Shown here: piece after piece, positions 15,290-24,520 of the stretch | How positions within the stretch are numbered: position 1 is the first letter of the stretch | Layout of the letters: each line of letters opens with the position of its first letter | Assembly (NCBI GenBank): GCA_038257785.1 | Contig: JBBSIY010000001.1 | Location: 1 to 42,159, forward strand | Reading direction: 5' to 3' | DNA from: Lysobacterales bacterium | Lineage (GTDB): Bacteria > Pseudomonadota > Gammaproteobacteria > Xanthomonadales > Xanthomonadaceae | Length of the DNA: 42,159 nt | Notes under the pieces: generated by a model | Database searches by the model: none | What the model was told of the DNA's origin: nothing | The model's input: the letters and a program-made list of their open reading frames with translations, nothing else | Position numbers and translations under genes: made by a program

Positions 15290-18200
15290 TTACTGTTCGC
15301 CGAGCCGCAGCCGCGTTGCCGCCGTTCGTGCATGTGTCGCACTGCCGTACATGAGTTCGGCCAGCGCTGGCGCTGCGAGGTAATCGCCGGTATTGGCAAC
15401 GCGCGAAAAATAGTGGATCAGGTGGCGACCCGCCGGCAGGCGATCCGCATAAAAGCGAGGATTCACGGGATGCAGCTGGCGCGTCTGAAAGTAGACGCTG
15501 CCCAGCGGCGCAGCGCGCTCGAGATCCGACCCACCAACACCTGACAGCTCAAGATCGGTCGGCCGTAGACCGCCGGGTACGGCATCGGTAACCGCGACAA
15601 AACGGCGTTCGGCCGCTGTATTTAAGATCAGCGTGGTGCGCACCCACTCACCCTCGTCCGGCGTGTAGTTGTCGAGCGACGACCACTTACCGTCACGCAA
15701 CACCTCGAACTGTCGCTCCAGCGAAAAGCCGACGGCGCTGGCCTGCGCCGTCGCCACATCTTCGGAATACGCCAGCTCGGCCAGATAGCTCATCGGCGCT
15801 GCGCCCAGCTCCGCCGTGATCGTCAGTTGCTCCGCCGGCGGCATGCCGACTTCCCAAACCGCTGTCGATGTATCGGCATTAACCTGCAGCGCTTTGGATA
15901 GCTTGCCGATCGCGAACTGCGCGCTGCCGCCGTCATCCTGAGAGCCGTTGTGACGCAGCGACATTAGACAGATCGCACCCGTCTGGGTGTCGACGGCCGC
16001 TGCGCCGCCGGCGTACAGATCGCTGAGACCCGCCAGCAAACCGCGTCGCGCGTCGATTAAGTCGGCTTCGGTGCGATCTTCCAGCAGGCCGATCAGTGCG
16101 CATTGTTCGCGCATATCGGAGCGCATCCATTCGTCGTAACGCCGCGACAAACGCACACGACGCTGCAAGCCTTCCTGCGGTAACGCAGCCAGCAGCTTGG
16201 TCAATGCTCGCTCGGCCTGCGGATGCCGATGCTTCTGCAATGCCTGAGCCGTGGCGATCTGCACCGGCAAACTTAAATTCGACCATTGCGTCCACAGCAG
16301 GTCCAGCGTTGCCCGCTCAGCGTTGGGTAATGCCGTCAACGCGAACGCCAACCATGCCATCCGCGTCGCCAGCGCCTCGTCGGAACCGCCGGACGCTTGT
16401 TTCAGACGACTGACCGATCGCTCGAGGTAGCCGCGCGCAGCGTCGATGACCCGCTGTGCCACCGGGTGACCCAGCGACTGCAGCAGCGCGAAGGCGTCGA
16501 GCGTGTAGGCCGTTAGCGCGACGGCGCTTTCTGGCGTGGCAAAGTCGATCGGGCTGCCGGTGAAGTAGACGAAGCTGCCGTCGCTGTTCTGGAACACCGC
16601 CGCGTTGGTGAGCGCTTCAGCGACCACATTAGCAGCGTCCGGCCACTGGGGATCGTCCCGCTTCAAGGCCAGCGCGGCGGCCACGGCGCGGCTCAGAATT
16701 TGCTCCCAGCAGCGATGCGGATAGTGCTGTAGGTCACTAGACCATTGACTGATAAGCGCACCATTGCCGTGCAGCAGCGACACGCGCAGCACCTGCTCCG
16801 CCGCGCTTGCCGGCAGACGCGGCAGATCCAATCGCAGTGGTTCTTCGCCAAGCCATCCCGCCTGCACGCGACGGCCAGCAATCCGCGAAGACGCGACGTC
16901 CACCGTTGCGGCAACGGCATCGTGGGCGTGTGCGGCATCGGCACTGGCGATCAGATTGATGCGTCCCGGCTCGGTCGGCGACAAGCGGGTGCCGACGCTG
17001 GTCTGCCCACCGGCGGTCAGACTGACCTCGTGGGCCGCAGTAAGGTCCGCACCAGCACCTTGCGCCAGCAGTTTGGTCTGCACCTCTGCCGGCTCGGTGC
17101 CGTGTTGCCGCAGGTGGCTGGCGACGCGGGACTCATCGCCCGGATACAAGCGTGAAGGCGTCTGCAGGCGCACTTCTAGCGGCAAGCCGACGGTCAGCTC
17201 AGCCTCGGTCATCGTGAAGTCATCGCCCGCGTCCGCGCTCCAAGCAATCGCCCGCCAGCGCGTGAGATTGTCGGGCAGCGTCACCTGCACGCGGTGCGAT
17301 TGACCGGGCGCGAGCCGCAGGTCCGGCAGCCACAGCGCGGTGTCGGCAAAGTCGCTGCGAATGCGCATCGACGTCGGCGCTTCGACGTCGCCCTGCGATT
17401 GTTGGCGCTGCTCACGCGGTCCATCCGATGGCTTGCCCGACGCGTCTGACTCAACAATATCGGCACGTTTTACTCGTGAACCGGTGACCATGATTCGGTC
17501 TAGCGATTGCGAGCCGTCATCGCTGGGGGCGTAGTCCGCAGGCGCACTTGCCATCATGACGGGCGCCGGCGGTGGTGGGGGCGGTGCTCCGTCGAATGAG
17601 TCCTCACCACCGCTGCCCGGCTTTTCTTCCGGCTGCCACAGCATTCGCCACGGCGCGCTGTTCCATCCGGCGAAGCCGAGCCACTGCAGACTGCCGCGTC
17701 GCCAGCGTTCGCCACCCAGCCAGGCTTGCCCCTGCGGATCGGAATACGGCAGCCAGCGCTGCGCCTGCGCACGCATGCCGTCGTCCATCACCGCCAGCAC
17801 AACCTCACGTGGCTGATCGGAGCGATTGCTGATGACCAGCTCCGCCTTTGAACCGGGTTTAGCCGAGGCGGTAGTGAACGCCATTTGCAGCGGTTGCTCG
17901 GATGTCGTCAGCGTTTCCGACTTGCCCGCAGCCACCGTTTCCAGCTGCAGCGTACGCGCCGGTGTGCGGATGCCATCGACGACGGTCGATGCCACCGACT
18001 CGCGGACCAGCGCCTGCACTCTCACGCCACCGCGCCAATCGGCCAATACCTGCAGTTCAAATTCACTGACCGTGCCATCAAGCGGCTTTAGCCGGTAATC
18101 GAGAATCGTACTGCCGCTGCTAACCACCATCAGTGCGGATGCCTTGGCATACGGCTGGGTCAGTCGCAGATGCAGCGGCATGCCCGGCTGCACGCCGTCG

Positions 18201-20989
18201 TCGAGCAGAAGCAATTCGGGCTCTATGGCGTCACCATCGACCGTGCTTTGCGATTCGACGTGCACGTAGCGCAGCAGCTGCGCGGGCGCAGCGTCAGCGC
18301 TGCTGGCCGTCAACCGATAGTAGCCGCTGCGCTCACGCGGGAAATCACAGGCTGCTATTTTCCCCGCAACCAGCTTGCATGCACCGACCAAGGTGCCGGC
18401 CGCGCTTGATTGCGCGTAGCCGGACAGGTAGTGGATCTCCACCGCTACCGGTGCCTGCGCCTGCGCCTCGCCCGATGCGCTGATCACTACAGCCTCGAGC
18501 TTCACCGCCTGCCGTGCGTCGAACCACGCGGGATCGGTTCGCAAACCGACGTAGCTTGGATAGCGCGCGTAGCGCCGATTCGAGCTGTAGGCGTAGGTGC
18601 CGTCGCGATCTTCAGGCGCAGCCTGAAACTCGATGCCGAGCGTGCCGAACGCAGCGCGCTTTTCGATCTCTTTAGCAGAACCTTCAAACACAATCGGCAA
18701 ATCAATAGAGGCTTGCCCATCGGCGTCCAAACTTTGCGCACGGGTATCGATCTTCAATCCGAGGCTGTCAGAGTCCGGCGTATTTACATCGACAAAGCTA
18801 AAGTTCGAGAATTCGGGATAGGCTTGCTCGAGACTCAATGGCGACAGCGTTACCGCCAGTGATTCTGCCGCCACTCCCGCCGCTGAACCGCCGGAGTAAT
18901 ACCCTGCGCTGAGCGTTGCCTGCAGACGATCACTATCGCGCAGAACGCGGCCCTCGCTCACCACCTGCGCCCACATGTCCTGGCTGCGAAAGCTGCCAAC
19001 GTAGAAGCACGCGCCTTCTGTGGAATAGTCAGCGGCGATACCGACGCAGTAGGTGCCATCGGTTAGGTGCTTGGGTAGATCGACTATCCCCGCCAACGCG
19101 CCATTGGCCGATGCCTGAAGCGTCCAGTCCAGAATCGTTTTGTCGTCGCTCTCGTTGTGCAAACGCAAACCTACCGACGCCTTGTCAACTGACTGCCAGC
19201 GCGCGCCGCTGACATCACGCTGCCAAAGTCGATAGCTGACCTGTTCGCCCGCGCGGTACAAAGGTCGATCCGTCACGCCCCAAGTCGCGATCTCCGGCGC
19301 GGTGCCCAGCGGCATCCACGAAGTTGACTGTCCAAACGGCAGCACCGCATCTCTTACCTCGCCAGCTGTGGTCGAGCGCGCCCGAAGCCACCACTCGGTC
19401 GTGGGAATCACGGTATTCGGCGGCAGGGTGAGCAGTGCAAGCCCTTGCCGATCGGTGCGCCCGCGGGCCAAAACTTCCGGCTCCTTGTCGCTGCGCGGCA
19501 GCCAAAGCAGCTCAATTTCAACATCCGCAATTGCCTGGGCTGACCGCCACTCAGTGATCCAGGCAAGGACCTGCCGCGATGTCGTCACGACGCTGACATC
19601 AAACGCCGGCGCGGCAAGTTCGATGGCGTTCGAGTTCCAATGGCCGGGCGGCGCTTTGCCAGGTCCGACGGACAACCGCGTCCAGCCCCGAGCTGACAGC
19701 GCGCGTACGGCGGCGGCCGGCGTCACCGGTTGCGATTGGTTGACTGAGGCATGACGCGCGATTCGATGGGCGTCGCGTTGCCAGTCGTTGGCGAGTGCCT
19801 CGACACTCAGTTCAACTGCATCGAGGTTGACCGATTCGACCACTGAGGAGAGGGCGGAAGCGTCGGCCAGCAGCGTCTTCTCATGCCGCGCGCGCAGCTG
19901 CGGCAGCGCATCGGTGGTCTCGATGCAGATCGATAGTGGGGGAAATGCGGCGCCGTCGGATTCGCGACGAAGACCATCCAGGGCCAGCTGATATGTCGTG
20001 CCTGGTTGCAGCGTCGGCAGCTCAACCGTGACACCGCCTGGCGACTGCAGGTCATCACGATCGACCCTTGAGTAGTAGCCATAAGGCCGCGGCCACGCGA
20101 CTTCATCGGCTGACGCCAGCGCTGCTAGCCGTTGCTGCAGGCGCTCACGCGATGGCTGATCCAACGGATGCGAAAACTCCAGCTGCATCGGCGCTTCTGG
20201 CCGACAGCGAACGCTGATCTCGCTTGCCTTTGGTTCGTCGACGCGTGGCCCATCAATATCAACACAGCGCAGCTCGCTGACTCGCGGCGAACCGCGCAGC
20301 AGATAGCGACCTAACACGCGTCGCTGCAGGCCAAGCAGCGGCCCATCGACGGCCTTTACGCCCGGAACTATGGCGACGCTCAGCACGCGATCGGCTCCGG
20401 GAATCGCTGAGACATCGAGTTCGAATCGATGACCGTAATAGCCGGAGTCACCTAGCTGGACGGTAGACAGCGCCGGCGTCGGGATAGGCTTACCGTCAAC
20501 TTGCAGCTGCAGATGCGCCTGCAATGAGGTCGGTTCAAACTTCACCCGCGAGTACACGCCCAGTCTGGGTACGCCCACACCCCACGCGACCGAACTGATC
20601 TGCACCTCGACGCGCGGCGTTTCCACACTCATCGTCCGGGCACCGAGCGTCTGACCACCCTGGGTCCGCAACCCGGCAGCGAGACGCATCTGGTAGAGCG
20701 TCGCATCGCGCAACGGGGTCGCGGTCTCACAGGCTAGCTGCGTATCGGATGCCCAATGACAGGTGTTGTCGGCAGCAGGTTTAAGAGTGAGCCGCGCCGG
20801 CTCGGGCTGGTTGTCCCAGGTCTGCATCGGTGTATCGAAGCGAAGCAGTAAACGACTCGATCCAACCAACTCAACCTTTATCGCGACTGGCTTGGTCTGC
20901 GCCGACGCAGTCGCCACCAAGGCCAGCGTGAACGCACTTAGCCAACCTCGCCAGGTGGTGATCCGCTGTGCTGACATCATGTCGGCCAT
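15290..20989 (-). CDS. Bacterial alpha-2-macroglobulin family protein, thioester-containing (1899 aa)
   Basis: It has a signal peptide (LALVATASA|QT, no lipobox), many MG-like beta-sandwich segments and a Pro/Ser/Asp-rich bait-like stretch. That stretch is followed by IRSDFADTALW (the conserved post-bait motif). It carries the thioester motif CWEQ, and its C-terminal receptor-binding-like domain ends in ..YLAAPALAELMY. Confidence 0.9.
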   Translation of the reverse strand: MADMMSAQRITTWRGWLSAFTLALVATASAQTKPVAIKVELVGSSRLLLRFDTPMQTWDNQPEPARLTLKPAADNTCHWASDTQLACETATPLRDATLYQMRLAAGLRTQGGQTLGARTMSVETPRVEVQISSVAWGVGVPRLGVYSRVKFEPTSLQAHLQLQVDGKPIPTPALSTVQLGDSGYYGHRFELDVSAIPGADRVLSVAIVPGVKAVDGPLLGLQRRVLGRYLLRGSPRVSELRCVDIDGPRVDEPKASEISVRCRPEAPMQLEFSHPLDQPSRERLQQRLAALASADEVAWPRPYGYYSRVDRDDLQSPGGVTVELPTLQPGTTYQLALDGLRRESDGAAFPPLSICIETTDALPQLRARHEKTLLADASALSSVVESVNLDAVELSVEALANDWQRDAHRIARHASVNQSQPVTPAAAVRALSARGWTRLSVGPGKAPPGHWNSNAIELAAPAFDVSVVTTSRQVLAWITEWRSAQAIADVEIELLWLPRSDKEPEVLARGRTDRQGLALLTLPPNTVIPTTEWWLRARSTTAGEVRDAVLPFGQSTSWMPLGTAPEIATWGVTDRPLYRAGEQVSYRLWQRDVSGARWQSVDKASVGLRLHNESDDKTILDWTLQASANGALAGIVDLPKHLTDGTYCVGIAADYSTEGACFYVGSFRSQDMWAQVVSEGRVLRDSDRLQATLSAGYYSGGSAAGVAAESLAVTLSPLSLEQAYPEFSNFSFVDVNTPDSDSLGLKIDTRAQSLDADGQASIDLPIVFEGSAKEIEKRAAFGTLGIEFQAAPEDRDGTYAYSSNRRYARYPSYVGLRTDPAWFDARQAVKLEAVVISASGEAQAQAPVAVEIHYLSGYAQSSAAGTLVGACKLVAGKIAACDFPRERSGYYRLTASSADAAPAQLLRYVHVESQSTVDGDAIEPELLLLDDGVQPGMPLHLRLTQPYAKASALMVVSSGSTILDYRLKPLDGTVSEFELQVLADWRGGVRVQALVRESVASTVVDGIRTPARTLQLETVAAGKSETLTTSEQPLQMAFTTASAKPGSKAELVISNRSDQPREVVLAVMDDGMRAQAQRWLPYSDPQGQAWLGGERWRRGSLQWLGFAGWNSAPWRMLWQPEEKPGSGGEDSFDGAPPPPPPAPVMMASAPADYAPSDDGSQSLDRIMVTGSRVKRADIVESDASGKPSDGPREQRQQSQGDVEAPTSMRIRSDFADTALWLPDLRLAPGQSHRVQVTLPDNLTRWRAIAWSADAGDDFTMTEAELTVGLPLEVRLQTPSRLYPGDESRVASHLRQHGTEPAEVQTKLLAQGAGADLTAAHEVSLTAGGQTSVGTRLSPTEPGRINLIASADAAHAHDAVAATVDVASSRIAGRRVQAGWLGEEPLRLDLPRLPASAAEQVLRVSLLHGNGALISQWSSDLQHYPHRCWEQILSRAVAAALALKRDDPQWPDAANVVAEALTNAAVFQNSDGSFVYFTGSPIDFATPESAVALTAYTLDAFALLQSLGHPVAQRVIDAARGYLERSVSRLKQASGGSDEALATRMAWLAFALTALPNAERATLDLLWTQWSNLSLPVQIATAQALQKHRHPQAERALTKLLAALPQEGLQRRVRLSRRYDEWMRSDMREQCALIGLLEDRTEADLIDARRGLLAGLSDLYAGGAAAVDTQTGAICLMSLRHNGSQDDGGSAQFAIGKLSKALQVNADTSTAVWEVGMPPAEQLTITAELGAAPMSYLAELAYSEDVATAQASAVGFSLERQFEVLRDGKWSSLDNYTPDEGEWVRTTLILNTAAERRFVAVTDAVPGGLRPTDLELSGVGGSDLERAAPLGSVYFQTRQLHPVNPRFYADRLPAGRHLIHYFSRVANTGDYLAAPALAELMYGSATHARTAATRLRLGEQ
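16700..16711 (-). other. Thioester motif C-W-E-Q of the A2M
   Basis: Plus-strand ttgctcccagca is the reverse complement of TGC TGG GAG CAA, in frame with the 15290-20989 ORF. The context is HYPHRCWEQILS. Confidence 0.75.
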
Positions 20990-21010
20990 CTCTGTGTCTA
21001 TAGGTGCAGG

Positions 21011-21075
21011 TGATCAACATTAGTCGAAGACAGGCGTTCCGCACAGTCGGTGAACTTTGCTTGTCTTGATCAACA
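21011..21075. repeat. Direct repeat TGATCAACA (21011-21019 and 21067-21075) in the A2M / GGDEF divergent intergenic region
   Basis: Two identical 9-mers, 56 bp apart, were read directly. Each contains the palindrome TGATCA. Confidence 0.6.
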
Positions 21076-21094
21076 CTCGGGTACAAGCTAATGG

Positions 21095-22351
21095 GTGGGC
21101 GCAAACAGCGGGAAGGATCGTATCCAAATTGACCCAAAATCTGCACTGCTGATCGGCGCAATGGCATCGCTGCTGTTGGGTTTACTGCTGGCCGCCGTTA
21201 GTCGCGACATATCGCCACTCTTGCGGCCTGCCGTATTGCTCTGGCTGCGAGGCAACGTGCTGCTGCCGCTTGGGTTTGCGCTGTTGGCGCTGCGCGGCCA
21301 GGTGCACGATCTGCTGTCGATCAACTTGGCAAACGTCGTCATCATCATCGCGTTTACGGATTTCTTGCGCTCGCTGTACCGGTTGATGGAGCGCCCAGAG
21401 CCGCGGCTGCAGACGTCCCTGGCGGTGCTCGTCGTTGCCGTTGGCTCGCTGATTTTTACCTACGGCGTTGATCGCATCGATCTGCGTACAGTGATCTCGT
21501 CAATGATGCTGGCGTGGATGGCGGGGCTCAGTGCGCACGTTTTGCTGCGCGTGCCGCGCCGCCAGAGACCAGCGGCGCAGGGCGTGACCGGCATTGTTTT
21601 TGTCATCGCGTGTCTCGTGCTGTGCGTGCGCACGGTGCACACCTTAGTGTTGCCCGATACAGCCGCTGGCGCGTTGGACAGCAACCCGCTGCAGGCAGCT
21701 ACGTTTGCCACCGGCGCGCTGCTGCCGCTGATGGCGAGCTATGGCTTTTTGCTGCTGTGTACCGAACGCATGCGTGCGGAGCTTGAACGCAGCGCCTCGA
21801 TCGATTTCCTCACCGGAATTTTGAATCGTGGCGCCATCGAGCACGCCGGCACTCGCGCATTTGCGCGCGCTCGGCGGCGCGGTTCGCCGTGTGCCGTCGT
21901 CGTCATCGACATCGACCACTTCAAGCGTCTGAACGATGCGTTCGGCCATGCCGTGGGCGACCAAGCGCTGCGTCTTGCCGTTGAGCGCTTGAGCGGCAGC
22001 TTGCGCAGCGACGACACGCTCGGGCGACTCGGTGGTGAAGAGTTTCTGATGCTGCTCGACGACAGTGACGAAGAGAAATCTATGCTGGCCGCCGAACGCC
22101 TGCGTCGGGCGCTGTGCGATGCGCCGCTCAAGCTCGACGCGGGCGAACAGCGCGTCACTATTTCACAAGGTGTGGCGGTGTTGAGCGCTGAAGACGGCAG
22201 CTTCAGTGATCTACTGCGACGCGCAGATCGCGCGCTGTACGTCGCCAAGGAGGCCGGCCGCAATCGCACGGAGCTTGCCGACTCGAGGCAGGTGGCGCTG
22301 CCATTGCCGATGGGTGCGGGACGGCCTGCGACCTTGCTTCCTCAGGCATAG
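21095..22351 (+). CDS. Membrane-bound diguanylate cyclase (multi-TM N-terminal domain + GGDEF)
   Basis: About 6 predicted TM helices are followed by a GGDEF domain (DIDHFKRLNDAFGHAVGD, active site GGEEF at 22031-22045). A canonical I-site RSDD lies five residues upstream (22004-22015). The GTG start at 21095 is from the track. The next in-frame ATG (21161) would cut TM1. Confidence 0.88.
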   Translation: MGANSGKDRIQIDPKSALLIGAMASLLLGLLLAAVSRDISPLLRPAVLLWLRGNVLLPLGFALLALRGQVHDLLSINLANVVIIIAFTDFLRSLYRLMERPEPRLQTSLAVLVVAVGSLIFTYGVDRIDLRTVISSMMLAWMAGLSAHVLLRVPRRQRPAAQGVTGIVFVIACLVLCVRTVHTLVLPDTAAGALDSNPLQAATFATGALLPLMASYGFLLLCTERMRAELERSASIDFLTGILNRGAIEHAGTRAFARARRRGSPCAVVVIDIDHFKRLNDAFGHAVGDQALRLAVERLSGSLRSDDTLGRLGGEEFLMLLDDSDEEKSMLAAERLRRALCDAPLKLDAGEQRVTISQGVAVLSAEDGSFSDLLRRADRALYVAKEAGRNRTELADSRQVALPLPMGAGRPATLLPQA

Positions 22352-22403
22352 CGCTTGTTTGGCACAGCCGGCACCGGATTACGGCGGGCTACCATGCGGT
22401 CAA

Positions 22404-22874
22404 ATGCCGCAGACGTTTACCCGCCACAGCTATCGCGACGATCCGAACGTTGAGTCGTTCGATGATCAGTTTCCGATTGCGCTGATGGATGGGCACTGCG
22501 CGCTTTGCAGCGCCGGGGCGCGCATGATCGACCGTCTTGATCGCAGCCAGCGCGTGCGGATTTGCACCGTGCAGTCATCGCTCGGAAGCGCGCTTATGGC
22601 GCACTACGGCATGCGCGCGGACGACCCCGAGTCGTGGCTACTGTTGGACGACGGCGTGGCCTATCACGAGCTCGACGCGGTCGTTCGACTTGGCCGCCAC
22701 TGCGGTTTGCCGGGTCGCTCGCTGGTTGTTCTGCTGGCGTTGCCAAAAAGCTGGCGCAGCAGGCTGTATCGCTGGGTCGCGCGCAACCGCTATCGCTGGT
22801 TTGGCCGAGCGGATTTGTGCGCGATGCCCGCGCCGGGACTGCGCGCAAGGCTGATCGGGATCACTGATCAATGA
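22404..22874 (+). CDS. DCC-family thiol-disulfide oxidoreductase (DUF393)
   Basis: It has the signature DGHCALCS near the N-terminus. I chose ATG 22404 because the 66-codon upstream extension overlaps the GGDEF gene. Its stop overlaps the next start (ATGA at 22871-22874). Confidence 0.78.
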   Translation: MPQTFTRHSYRDDPNVESFDDQFPIALMDGHCALCSAGARMIDRLDRSQRVRICTVQSSLGSALMAHYGMRADDPESWLLLDDGVAYHELDAVVRLGRHCGLPGRSLVVLLALPKSWRSRLYRWVARNRYRWFGRADLCAMPAPGLRARLIGITDQ

Positions 22875-24520
22875 GGATCATCGTCGTCGGCGGCTACGGC
22901 GCGTTCGGCGAGCGACTGGTGCGGCTGCTGGTTCGCGATGGTCACGACGTATGGATAGCCGGCCGCAGCGAGCAGCGCGCTAACGCGCTTGCAGCCACGC
23001 TCAACGCGCATGCCATTCGGTTCGACCGCCTTGGCGACTTCGCCGTCATCGCCAGCTTGAATCTTGATGTGCTGATCGACGCCGCTGGACCCTTTCAGAG
23101 CTACGGCGATGCACCCTATCGGCTGCCTAGCGACTGCATCGCCACCGGGATGCACTATCTCGATCTGTCTGACGATGCGGATTTCTGCGCGGGCATACGT
23201 CAGCTCGACGGCGCGGCGCGCAAACGCGGCTGCTATGCCTTGAGCGGTGTATCCAGCGTACCGGCGCTTTCGGCAGCGGCGGTTCGCGCGCTGTCTGAGG
23301 ATTTCGTGTCGATCGAGCAAATAGACAGCGCCATCCTGCCGGGCAATCGAGCTCCGCGTGGACCATCGGTGATTGCCAGCATCGTCGGCCAATGCGGCGC
23401 GCCTAGGCGCATTTGGCAGGGCGGTCGATGGGTAGCGATGCGCGGCTGGAGCAAGCCACGCGACTTTTTCTTGGGCGACTGGGGCAGGCGGCGCGCCTGG
23501 TTAATTGGCGTGCCGGATCTGGATCTGTTTCCCACTCGGTTTAACGCGCGCTCGGTAAGCTTTCGCGCGGGGCTAGAGCTCCGCGTGATGAACTGGGGTT
23601 TGGCGCTGCTTTCTGCACTTCGCGCGCGCTGGCCGTTCGCCTTACGCCCGTGGTTACTCACCAGCGTGCGCTGGGCTGCCGTGCTGCTGTGGCCGTTTGG
23701 CAGCGCGCGTGGCGGAATGGTGGTGGAGGTCACGGGTCGGCTTGCTGATACGCCTTGGTCGGCGCGACTTCAGCGAACGTGGACGCTGCGCGCAGATCGC
23801 GGCGTCGGACCGTTTGTTCCGGCGATTGCGGCGCGTTCCATCCTAAAAGGTGCAGCACCTGCACCCGGTGCTCGCGCCTGCCTTGATGAGGTGTCACTTT
23901 CGGCAGCTGAAGCGGCGATGGCTGATCTAGATATTGATTGCTTACGCAGCGAGCAATGGCTGCACGCGCTGTTTGCTGGCGTCAGCCGAATTGATTGGCC
24001 GCAGCTGCCAGAGCGGGTGCGCGAGAGTCACGCCGTGTTTGGCTGCCTTACGTTTGCCGGGCGCGCAGCGGTGACGCGCGGACATGGCCCAATCGCGCGC
24101 TGTATCTCCAGCGTTTTTGGCTTTCCGCCTGCGGTCGATGATGTTGCCGTTGAAGTGGTCAAGACGCGGCGCAGAGATGGCGAGCGCTGGCAGCGCAGGT
24201 TCGGCGATCAATCTTTTCGTTCGGACTTATCGCTAGCCGAAGGCCGCATCGTCGAGCGTTTTGGCCCGTTCGCTTTTGAGCTAGATCTGTACGTCGAAGG
24301 CGGCGCACTCTGCTATCCGCTGCGTCGCGGCTGGCTGTGCGGCATCCCGCTGCCGCGCTTACTGCTGCCTGAAAGCCGCGCCCGCGAATACGTTGAGGAC
24401 GAGCGCTTTCGCTTCGATATCGCTATTCACGCACCGCTCGGCATCGGCCTGCTGGTGCACTATCGCGGCTGGCTTGCGCCAGTGGATGAAGCGCCGCCGC
24501 GTCCCACTAGCGACGGCTAG
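22871..24520 (+). CDS. Saccharopine-dehydrogenase-like NAD(P)-binding protein fused to a DUF4166-like C-terminal domain
   Basis: It has the Rossmann N-terminus MRIIVVGGYGAFGERLVRLL. I called the C-terminal ~200 aa (..HAVFGCLTFAGRAAVTRG...FELDLYVEGGALCYPLRRGW..) as DUF4166 from memory of the family. It is translationally coupled to the DCC gene. Confidence 0.72.
   Translation: MRIIVVGGYGAFGERLVRLLVRDGHDVWIAGRSEQRANALAATLNAHAIRFDRLGDFAVIASLNLDVLIDAAGPFQSYGDAPYRLPSDCIATGMHYLDLSDDADFCAGIRQLDGAARKRGCYALSGVSSVPALSAAAVRALSEDFVSIEQIDSAILPGNRAPRGPSVIASIVGQCGAPRRIWQGGRWVAMRGWSKPRDFFLGDWGRRRAWLIGVPDLDLFPTRFNARSVSFRAGLELRVMNWGLALLSALRARWPFALRPWLLTSVRWAAVLLWPFGSARGGMVVEVTGRLADTPWSARLQRTWTLRADRGVGPFVPAIAARSILKGAAPAPGARACLDEVSLSAAEAAMADLDIDCLRSEQWLHALFAGVSRIDWPQLPERVRESHAVFGCLTFAGRAAVTRGHGPIARCISSVFGFPPAVDDVAVEVVKTRRRDGERWQRRFGDQSFRSDLSLAEGRIVERFGPFAFELDLYVEGGALCYPLRRGWLCGIPLPRLLLPESRAREYVEDERFRFDIAIHAPLGIGLLVHYRGWLAPVDEAPPRPTSDG

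Noticed and set aside
14445-20989. I considered whether the rhomboid and A2M form an operon, as a protease plus protease-inhibitor pair.
   Set aside because: The genes are convergent, with stops 8 bp apart on opposite strands, so they cannot be co-transcribed. Any functional link would be indirect.
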